Shown here: in pieces, positions 27,587-38,060 of the stretch
Numbering within the stretch: position 1 is the first letter of the stretch
Layout: each line of letters begins with the position of its first letter
From: Squalus acanthias
Lineage: Eukaryota
Direction: 5' to 3'
Length of the DNA stretch: 64,000 nucleotides
NCBI GenBank assembly: GCA_030390025.1
Contig: JASTWF010000033.1
Span: forward strand, 2,358,001 to 2,422,000
Notes under the pieces: generated by a model
What the model saw: only the letters and a program-made list of their open reading frames with translations
Told to the model about the DNA's origin: nothing
Database searches by the model: none
Program-made: the position numbers and the translations under genes

Positions 27587-29293
27587 ACTTGCTGACTCAA
27601 TCTCACAAAAGGACTTTCATTGGCTGCAGTGCATCATTGCACCTTCGACAAATTCCATTTTCTTGTCCATAATCCAGCCTGTGCAGCTCATTTCTCCCAC
27701 AAATCCAGTTTAACTGCCTCAAACCGGCTTCACGCCAGAAATATTCTCCCTCTCACAAGCGACATGCTCTTTAGCAGTGGCGTCAAATGTGACAACTGCC
27801 GTCCCTCAAATATCTGTATTAGATCTTCAACTTTTCACCGTATTTACGATTGACTCGGATGGAGCAATTGAGCGATGTAGATCCAAGTTTGAAGATCGCA
27901 CTAAGTTAGAAGGTCCGGTCGTAGTGCAAATGGGAACGGGAGCAAACCAAAGAGACAGAGACAGACGGAGTAAGTCGGCAAAACAAAAGGCAAATCGAGT
28001 TCACTGTGCCCAAGTGTGACTGCATCCACCTTGCAACATTATGAGATAGTTCGGAGTATTTTCTAAATAATTGGAAGCAATTAACTGTTGAGGAGTAAAG
28101 AGGTTTATGAGCCCCAGTTCACAAATCATTAGTAGCTGGCAGACATGGAGCAAAATACAGTTTTATTGACCTGGTTAGGAAATTGCTTGCGCGACAGGAG
28201 ACGCATTTTACGGATAATGATCTGTTACTTTATTTGGCAGGATATGACGAGTGCCGTCCGTGAGGGATCTCTTATGTGGCCTCATCTATTCACCGATTTT
28301 ATTAACGACTTACTTGATGGGATTGAGAGCCAAACATTCAAGTTTAATGATGACAAAATAGATAGGCGGCATTATAAGCAGTACAGGTGGAAGCAAGAAA
28401 TTTGCCCAGATATTCATCGATTATGTGAATGGGCAAATCTGTGGCAAATTGATTTAAATATGAGCGAAATGTGATGTCATCCACTTCGGAAATAAAAAAG
28501 GGCTTTTAGAATACACTCTATACAATGTTAAGCTGGAAACAGTTGAGATCCAAATAGACTTAAGGGTCCATGTACATATATCATTTAATGGTCATGGACA
28601 GGTACACAAAAGAATGAAAAAGGCTGAATGAAAGGTGATACTTATGTCTATAGGATGACAATATAAGGGGGAGAAATTATGCAACAGCCATGCAAAGCAC
28701 TGGTTAGACCACACCTGGAGTACTGTGTGCAGTTCTGGGCATCACACCTTAGTATTCGGCTTAAAAAGTGAAGCGTAGATTTACCAGAATGATACACAGA
28801 GTCCAAGGGATCAATTACAATGGGAGATTGCACAAACTAGGGATATATTCCCTGGAATTTAAATGCTGACGTGGTGATTTGATTGAAGTATTCACGATAT
28901 TAGGTGGAACTGATAGTGTCGATAGAGCGAAGCTATTTCCGATGATTGGCCCGCCTAGGAGTACGGGACACAGACTCAACATTAGTTCCAAGCCTTTCAG
29001 GAGAGAAGTTAGGAAAGGCTTCTACATGGAATGAGTGGCAGAAATTTGTAACACACTTCCGCAAACAGCATTTAAATCTGGGTCAGTTGGCAATGTTAAA
29101 CTTGAGATTGACAGATGTTGGTTAACCAAAGTATTAAGGAATCTGGAGCAAAGGGATGCAAACGGAGTTCGATCGCAGATCCAATTGAACGGCAGAAAGG
29201 CTCAAGCAGTTAAAATGCCTTGTTCTGTTGTTATTCTCATTGCTGAAGGATCAGAGCACGAATGCAGAAATGAATATCGTCATTCAAAAACAG

Positions 29294-29366
29294 CGCCCGA
29301 ACAGGGACTTGAACCCTGGACCCTCAGATTAAAAGTCTGATGCTCTACCGACTGAGCTATCCGGGC
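29294..29366 (-). tRNA. tRNA-Lys-TTT: tRNA-Lys(TTT), copy 17
   Basis: Identical to copy 1; 5' flank differs. Confidence 0.97.
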
Positions 29367-31073
29367 ACTTGCTGGCTGAATCTCACAAAAGGACTTTCAT
29401 TGGCTGCAGTGCATCATTGCACCTTCGGCAAATTCCATTTTCTGGTCCATAATCCAGCCTGTGCAGCTCATTTCTCCCACAAATCCAGTTTAACTGCCTC
29501 AAACCGGCTTCAGGCCAGAAATATTCTCCCTCTCACAAGCGACATGCTCTTTAGCAGTGGCGTCAAATGTGACAACTGCCGTCCCTCAAATATCTGTATT
29601 GGATCTTCAACTTTTCACCGTATTTACGATTGACTCGGATGGAGCAATTGAGCGATGTAGATCCAAGTTTGAAGATCGCACTAAGTTAGAAGGTCCGGTC
29701 GTAGTGCAAATGGGAACGGGAGCAAACCAAAGGGACAGAGACAGACGGAGTAAGTCGGCAAAACAAAAGGCAAATCGAGTTCACTGTGCCCAAGTGTGAC
29801 TGCATCCACCTTGCAACATTATGAGATAGTTCGGAGTATTTTCTAAATAATTGGAAGCAATTAACTGTTGAGGAGTAAAGAGGTTTATGAGCCCCAGTTC
29901 ACAAATCATTAGTAGCTGGCAGACATGGAGCAAAATACAGTTTTATTGACCTGGTTAGGAAATTGTTTGCGCGACAGGAGACGCATTTTACGGATAATGA
30001 TCTGTTACTTTATTTGGCAGGATATGACGAGTGCCGTCCGTGAGGGATCTCTTATGTGGCCTCATCTATTCACCGATTTTATTAACGACTTACTTGATGG
30101 GATTGAGAGCCAAACATTCAAGTTTAATGATGACAAAATAGATAGGCGGCATTATAAGCAGTACAGGTGGAAGCAAGAAATTTGCCCAGATATTCATCGA
30201 TTATGTGAATGGGCAAATCTGTGGCAAATTGATTTAAATATTAGCGAAATGTGATGTCATCCACTTCGGAAATAAAAAAGGGCTTTTAGAATACACTCTA
30301 TACAATGTTAAGCTGGAAACAGTTGAGATCCAAATAGACTTAAGGGTCCATGTACATATATCATTTAATGGTCATGGACAGGTACACAAAAGAATGAAAA
30401 AGGCTGAATGAAAGGTGATACTTATGTCTATAGGATGACAATATAAGGGGGAGAAATTATGCAACAGCCATGCAAAGCACTGGTTAGACCACACCTGGAG
30501 TACTGTGTGCAGTTCTGGGCATCACACCTTAGTATTCGGCTTAAAAAGTGAAGCGTAGATTTACCAGAATGATACACAGAGTCCAAGGGATCAATTACAA
30601 TGGGAGATTGCACAAACTAGGGATATATTCCCTGGAATTTAAATGCTGACGTGGTGATTTGATTGAAGTATTCACGATATTAGGTGGAACTGATAGTGTC
30701 GATAGAGCGAAGCTATTTCCGATGATTGGCCCGCCTAGGAGTACGGGACACAGACTCAACATTAGTTCCAAGCCTTTCAGGAGAGAAGTTTGGAAAGGCT
30801 TCTTCATGGAATGAGTGGCAGAAATTTGTAACACACTTCCGCAAACAGCATTTAAATCTGGGTCAGTTGGCAATGTTAAACTTGAGATTGACAGATGTTG
30901 GTTAACCAAAGTATTAAGGAATCTGGAGCAAAGGGATGCAAACGGAGTTCGATCGCAGATCCAATTGAACGGCAGAAAGGCTCAAGCAGTTAAAATGCCT
31001 TGTTCTGTTGTTATTCTCATTGCTGAAGGATCAGAGCACGAATGCAGAAATGAATATCGTCATTCAAAAACAG

Positions 31074-31146
31074 CGCCCGAACAGGGACTTGAACCCTGGA
31101 CCCTCAGATTAAAAGTCTGATGCTCTACCGACTGAGCTATCCGGGC
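31074..31146 (-). tRNA. tRNA-Lys-TTT: tRNA-Lys(TTT), copy 18
   Basis: Identical to copy 1; 5' flank as copy 17. Confidence 0.97.
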
Positions 31147-32849
31147 ACTTGCTGGCTGAATCTCACAAAAGGACTTTCATTGGCTGCAGTGCATCATTGC
31201 ACCTTCGACAAATTCCATTTTCTTGTCCATAATCCAGCCTGTGCAGCTCATTTCTCCCACAAATCCAGTTTAACTGCCTCAAACCGGCTTCAGGCCAGAA
31301 ATATTCTCCCTCTCACAAGCGACATGCTCTTTAGCAGTGGCGTCAAATGTGACAACTGCCGTCCCTCAAATATCTGTATTGGATCTTCAACTTTTCACCG
31401 TATTTACGATTGACTCGGATGGAGCAATTGAGCGATGTAGATCCAAGTTTGAAGATCGCACTAAGTTAGAAGGTCCGGTCGTAGTGCAAATGGGAACGGG
31501 AGCAAACCAAAGGGACAGAGACAGTCGGAGTAAGTCGGCAAAACAAAAGGCAAAACGAGTTCACTGTGCCCAAGTGTGACTGCATCCACCTTGCAACATT
31601 ATGAGATAGTTCGGAGTATTTTCTAAATAATTGGAACCAATTAACTGTTGAGGAGTAAAGAGGTTTATGAGCCCCAGTTCACAAATCATTAGTAGCTGGC
31701 AGACATGGAGCAAAATACAGTTTTATTGACCTGGTTAGGAAATTGTTTGCGCGACAGGAGACGCATTTTACGGATAATGATCTGTTACTTTATTTGGCAG
31801 GATATGACGAGTGCCGTCCGTGAGGGATCTCTTATGTGGCCTCATCTATTCACCGATTTTATTAACGACTTACTTGATGGGATTGAGAGCCAAACATTCA
31901 AGTTTAATGATGACAAAATAGATAGGCGGCATTATAAGCAGTACAGGTGGAAGCAAGAAATTTGCCCAGATATTCATCGATTATGTGAATGGGCAAATCT
32001 GTGGCAAATTGATTTAAATATTAGCGAAATGTGATGTCATCCACTTCGGAAATAAAAAAGGGCTTTTAGAATACACTCTATACAATGTTAAGCTGGAAAC
32101 AGTTGAGATCCAAATAGACTTAAGGGTCCATGTACATATATCATTTAATGGTCATGGACAGGTACAGAAAAGAATCAAAAATGCTGAATGAAAGGTGATA
32201 CTTATGTCTATAGGATGACAATATAAGAGGGAGAAATTATGCAACAGCCATACAAAGCACTGGTTAGACCACACCTGGAGCACTGTGTGCAGTTCTGGGC
32301 ATCACAACTTCGTATTAGGCTAAAAAAGTGAAGTGTAGATTTACCAGAATGATACACAGAGTCCAGGACAATTACAATGGGAGATTGCACAAACTAGGGA
32401 TATATTCCCTGGAATTTAGAAGCTTACGTGGTGATTTGATTGAAGTATTCACGATATTAAGTGGAACTGATAGTGTCGATAGAGCGAAGCTATTTCCGAT
32501 GATTGGCCCGTCCAGGAGTACGGGACACAGACTCAACATTAGTTCCAAAGCTTTCAGGAGAGAAGTTTGGAAAGGCTTCTACATGGAATGAGTGGCAGAA
32601 ATTTGTAACACACTTCCGCAAACAGCACTTAAATCTGGATCAGTTGGCAATGTTAAACTTGAGATTGACAGATGTTGGTTAACCAAAGTATTAAGGATCT
32701 GGAGCAAAGGGATGCAAACGGAGTTCGATCGCAGATCCAATTGAACGGCAGAAAGGCTCGAGCGGTTAAAATGCCTTGTTCTGTTGTTAATCTCATTGCT
32801 AAAGGATCAGAGCACGAATGCAGAAATGAATATCGTCATTCAAAAACAG

Positions 32850-32922
32850 CGCCTGAACAGGGACTTGAACCCTGGACCCTCAGATTAAAAGTCTGATGCT
32901 CTACCGACTGAGCTATCCGGGC
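32850..32922 (-). tRNA. tRNA-Lys-TTT: tRNA-Lys(TTT), copy 19, G69A variant (C4:A69 mismatch)
   Basis: gcctgaac instead of gcccgaac at 32854, a CpG transition. Confidence 0.85.
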
Positions 32923-34634
32923 ACTTGCTGACTCAATCTCACAAAAGGACTTTCATTGGCTGCAGTGCATCATTGCACCTTCGACAAATTCCATTTTCTT
33001 GTCCATAATCCAGCCTGTGCAGCTCATTTCTCCCACAAATCCAGTTTAACTGCCTCAAACCGGCTTCAGGCCAGAAATATTCTCCCTCTCACAAGCGACA
33101 TGCTCTTTAGCAGTGGCGTCAAATGTGACAACTGCCGTCCCTCAAATATCTGTATTGGATCTTCAACTTTTCACCGTATTTACGATTGACTCGGATGGAG
33201 CAATTGAGCGATGTAGATCCAAGTTTGAAGATCGCACTAAGTTAGAAGGTCCGGTCGTAGTGCAAATGGGAACGGGAGCAAACCAAAGGGACAGAGACAG
33301 TCGGAGTAAGTCGGCAAAACAAAAGGCAAAACGAGTTCACTGTGCCCAAGTGTGACTGCATCCACCTTGCAACATTATGAGATAGTTCGGAGTATTTTCT
33401 AAATAATTGGAACCAATTAACTGTTGAGGAGTAAAGAGGTTTATGAGCCCCAGTTCACAAATCATTAGTAGCTGGCAGACATGGAGCAAAATACAGTTTT
33501 ATTGACCTGGTTAGGAAATTGTTTGCGCGACAGGAGACGCAGTTTTCGGATAATGATCTGTTACTTTATTTGGCAGGATATGACGAGTGCCGTCCGTGAC
33601 GGATCTCTTATGTGGCCTCATCTATTCACCGATTTTATTAACGACTTACTTGATGGGATTGAGAGCCAAACATTCAAGTTTAATGATGACAAAATAGATA
33701 GGCGGCATTATAAGCAGTACAGGTGGAAGCAAGAAATTTGCCCAGATATTCATAGATTATGTGAATGGGCAAATCTGTGGCAAATTGATTTAAATATTAG
33801 CGAAGTGTGATGTCATCCACTTCGGAACTAAAAAGGGGCGTTTAGAATACACTGTATACAATGTTAAGCTGGAAACAGTTGAGATCCAAATAGACTTAAG
33901 GGTGCATGTACATATATCATTTAATGGTCATGGACAGGTACAGAAAAGAATGAAAAAGGCTGAATGAAAGGTGATACTTATGTCTATAGGATGACAATAT
34001 AAGGGGGAGAGATTATGCAACAGCCATACAAAGCACTGGTTAGACCACACCTGGAGTACTGTGTGCAGTTCTGGGCATCACAGCTTAGGGGGTAATATTA
34101 GGCTTAAAAAGTGAAGCGCAGATTTACCAGAATGATACACAGAGTCCAAGGGACAAATTACAATGGGAGCTTGCAGAAACTAAGGATATATTATTTGGAA
34201 TTTAGAAGCTTACGTGATTTGATTGAAGTATTCACGATATTAAGTGGAACTGATAGTGTCGATAGAGCGAATCTATTTCCGATGATCGGCCCGTCTTGGA
34301 GTACGGGACACAGACTCAACATTAGTTCCAAGCCTTTCAGGAGATAAGTTAGGAAAGGCTTCTGCATGGAATGGGTGGCAGAAATTTGTAACACACTTCC
34401 GCAAAAAGCACTTAAAGCTGGGTCAATTGGCAATGTTAAACTTGAGATTGATAGATGTTGGTTATCCAAAGATATTGATGGATCTGGAGCAAAGGGATGC
34501 AAACGGAGTTCGATCACAGATCTAATTGAACGGCAGAAAGGCCCGAGCGTTTAAAAGGCCCGGTCTTGTTGTTATTCTCATTGCTAAAGGATCAGAGCAC
34601 GAATGCAGAAATGAATATCGTGATTTAAGTGCAG

Positions 34635-34707
34635 CGCCCGACCAGGGACTTGAACCCTGGACTCTCAGATTACAAGTCTGTTTTTCTCCCGACTGATTTA
34701 TCCGGGC
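34635..34707 (-). pseudogene. tRNA-Lys-derived pseudogene, copy 20 (anticodon TGT)
   Basis: GCCCGGATAAATCAGTCGGGAGAAAAACAGACTTGTAATCTGAGAGTCCAGGGTTCAAGTCCCTGGTCGGGCG: D stem and A box damaged, T5 terminator lost, B box intact. Confidence 0.9.
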
Positions 34708-34932
34708 TCTTGCTGACTGAACCTCACAAAAGGACTTTCATTGGCTGCAGTGCATCATTGCACCTTCTACAATTTCCATTTTCCTGTCCATAATCCAGCC
34801 TGTACAGCTCATTTCTCCCACAAATCCAGACTGACTGCCTCAAACCGGCTTCACGTCAGAAATATTCTCCCTCTCACAACCGACATGCTCTTTATCATTG
34901 GCGTCAGATGTGACAACTGCCGTCCCTCAAAT

Positions 34933-35374
34933 TTCTCGCCCCAAATCTCAGAGTAACTCTTCTCACTTTTCCCATCTCCCTGTACTATTCCGATTACTGC
35001 ATGAGCTCCCGGAGCCCCTTACCTATCCGAAAGACTGTTCGCAAACTTTTCTCTAAAATATATATCTGCCATTTCGTTTTTACTTTCCAACCCGATAAGA
35101 ATGCCTTGTAACATTATAGACTGAACCCGTCCTCAGCACGTTTCGAAAACAACAACCCTGACTCGGCTCGCCAATTTGTAGAGATTCACGTATCTTTGGT
35201 AAACAGGATCGAGTGCAAACCAATATCGTGGGTATATTGTGTTTAATCGGAGTTTAGGACGAATATAACAAACTAGTAAAACAGCAAAAACATACGACCG
35301 TGACAAGCAGCTGGTATCAGAACCGATCAGCATGCGTAAACAGTTCTCTGGCCTCTGGCCTCTTCTCCTTATCG

Positions 35375-35409
<35 letters not shown>

Positions 35410-36287
35410 TCTCCCTCTCTCGAACCTCCAATGCTGAGCATGGGCTCGCTCTCAAAAGAGCGTTCGACCAGCCCAACTTCTGTTCGGCTCTCCCCTCCAC
35501 CGTCTGTGGGCAAGCCCTTGGAGTTTCACTTTTTATTCTCCTTTTAGGGTTGGGCCTGAGGCCAAGTTATTGACAAGACCAGTTTACCTGTAGAGGTTCC
35601 TCTAAAACTTCATCAACCAATGGCAGCTCAAGTTCTTTTTCTTGGATCTTGGATGAACGCCTTCCCCAAAAGAGGGTCTCATCACTTCATCCAATTTATC
35701 TTTCTTGTTTTTACATTTAAAGGTTCCTCCTTTGGAATCCATCTTATCTCCTTTGAAAATATCCTCCTTAACCCAGCAAGTATAAGCCCCGGCCCTGTCC
35801 CTCTTAATCATGGCCCCAGCCAGAGCTGTTGCACATTAGCCAGTCGCTATCTCACCTTCATCTCGCAAATGGCCCATTCTAAGATGGATACCTTAGCCTC
35901 CTCAAATGTCTTTCATTCTATGCCTATTCCTAATTCACTTTTAATTATCTTGAAAAGCAGTTCTGCTGAACAAATTCCAAATTCTATCTGTGGAGATTAT
36001 AATATGGTTATTAGTAACAATGCAAGAAACAGGTTGGGCCTTCACTGGCCAAATTAAAGATACATAATCAAAGTCAAAACCCTAACTTACAAACCACAGA
36101 TAACGTGCCTGACAACACCATCGTATGGGCCCCCGTGTGGAATGTTTATGTTTCCCCTACTCTGACTGATTAAAAAGACTGTCTCAAATTCTAATGCATG
36201 CTTTCCAGGAAAACGGAACTTATCATTTCAACACAGCATTATTCATGCAGCCATATTCATTTTTAGGCACCCCTAGTCTCGAAGACA
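34933..36287 (-). mobile_element. Truncated ERV-like element: 5' LTR (35177-36287), PBS and leader
   Basis: Minus strand TGTCTTC...TCTCTACA, then AAT, then TGGCGAGCC. AATAAAA TATA-like motif near 35531-35537 and ATTAAA at 35242-35247. No second LTR in the window, so the LTR outer end is inferred. Confidence 0.6.
35156..35173 (-). promoter_or_regulatory. Primer binding site, tRNA-Arg(ACG)-like
   Basis: TGGCGAGCCGAGTCAGGG versus the complement of the tRNA-Arg(ACG) 3' end, TGGCGAGCCAGCCAGGAG: 9 perfect pairs, one bulge, then pairing with one G:U. Confidence 0.65.
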
Positions 36288-38060
36288 TTGCACTGTTCTA
36301 TTGCATTGCAAATAACAATCATATTGCAAAGCGATATTCCATTGCATTGTGCTATTGCCTTGCAAATGACTATTACATTGAACGTTATATTCCATTGCAA
36401 TGTTCTATTGCAATACAAATATCTACGTTATTCCTAAGTTATATTCCATTGCAATGTGCTATTGCATTGTAAATGACTATTATAATGCAAAGTGATGTTC
36501 CATTGAAATGTGCTATTGCATTGCAAATGACGATTATATTGCAGTGATATTTCATTGCAATGATCTATTGCATTGCAAATGACTATTATATGGCAAAGTG
36601 ATATTCCATTGCAATGTTCTGTTGCATTGCAAAAGACTATTATATTGCAAAGTGATATTCCATTGCAATATGCTATTGCATTGCAAATGACGAATATATT
36701 GCTAAGTGATATTCCATAGCAATATTGTATTACATTACAAATGTCTACTGTACTGTTAAGTGATATTCTATTGCGATATTTTATTGCATTGCAAATGACT
36801 ATTATACTGCAAAGCGATATTCCATTGCAATGTGCTATTGCACTGCAGATAATGATTATATTTTAAAGCGATATTACATTACAATTTGCCATTGCATTGC
36901 AAATAGACTATTATATTGCAAAGTTATATTCCATTGAACTGTTCCATTGCATTGCCAATGACATTTATATTGCAAAGTGAAATTCCATTGCATTGTTACA
37001 ATGCTTTGCAAATTACGATTATATTGGAAATCGACATAATGACTATTATATTACAAAGTGATATTCCATTGCAATGTGCTATTGCATTGTAAATGACTAT
37101 TATAATGCAAAGTGATGTTCCATTGAAATGTGCTATTGCATTGCAAATGACGATTATATTGCAGTGATATTTCATTGCAATGATCTATTGCATTGCAAAT
37201 GACTATTATATGGCAAAGTGATATTCCATTGCAATGTTCTGTTGCATTGCAAAAGACTATTATATTGCAAAGTGATATTCCATTGCAATATGCTATTGCA
37301 TTGCAAATGACGAATATATTGCTAAGTGATATTCCATAGCAATATTGTATTACATTACAAATGTCTACTGTACTGTTAAGTGATATTCTATTGCGATATT
37401 TTATTGCATTGCAAATGACTATTATACTGCAAAGCGATATTCCATTGCAATGTGCTATTGCACTGCAGATAATGATTATATTTTAAAGCGATATTACATT
37501 ACAATTTGCCATTGCATTGCAAATAGACTATTATATTGCAAAGTTATATTCCATTGAACTGTTCCATTGCATTGCCAATGACATTTATATTGCAAAGTGA
37601 AATTCCATTGCATTGTTACAATGCTTTGCAAATTACGATTATATTGGAAATCGACATAATGACTATTATATTACAAAGTGATATTCCATTGCAATGTGCT
37701 ATTGCAATGCAAATTCATATTATTTGGCAAAGCGACATTGCATTACAATGTGCTGTTGCATTGCAAATGACAATTATATTTTAAATTGATATTCCATTGC
37801 AATAAGCAATTGCATTGCCAATTACGATTTTAGTTGAAAGCGATATTCCATTACAATGAGAAATTGCGTTGCAGATTACTATTATGTTCCAAATTTATAT
37901 TCCATGGCAATTTGCTATTGCATTGCAAATGAGTATTATATTGCAAAGTGATATTCCTTTGCAATGTACGATTGCATTGTTATGTGCCATTGCATGTCAA
38001 ATGACGAATTTATTTAAAAGTGATATTCCATTGCAATATTCTGTTGCATTGTAAATAACT
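36288..38060. repeat. 54-bp AT-rich satellite, block 1
   Basis: Consensus attatattgcaaagtgat-attccattgcaatgtgct-attgcattgcaaatgact. Confidence 0.95.

Larger units (their letters stand above)
1..34932. repeat. Tandem array of ~1.78 kb units, each with one tRNA-Lys(TTT) gene and decayed CR1 fragments (about 19.6 units visible; open at the left edge)
   Basis: tRNA left coordinates recur at 847, 2627, 4404, 6182, 7955 ... 32850, 34635 (spacing 1767-1785). Units are near-identical. Similarity stops after cgtccctcaaat at ~34932. Confidence 0.98.

Noticed and set aside
201..34956. Many recurrent 60-150 aa ORFs in the array
   Set aside because: They are frameshifted CR1 remnants, antisense frames or overlap the tRNA. 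Catalytic FADD is mutated (FEDR, FNDD) and recurrence only reflects tandem duplication.
847..35173. Array tRNA-Lys3 as primer for the neighbouring LTR elements
   Set aside because: The ERV-like PBS is Arg-like and the Gypsy has no TGG PBS; neither matches TGGCGCCCGAACAGGGAC.
35133..36057. ORFs of 126 and 145 aa inside the putative LTR
   Set aside because: No recognisable motifs and one spans a (CT)n tract; a U3 accessory ORF cannot be supported from one copy.
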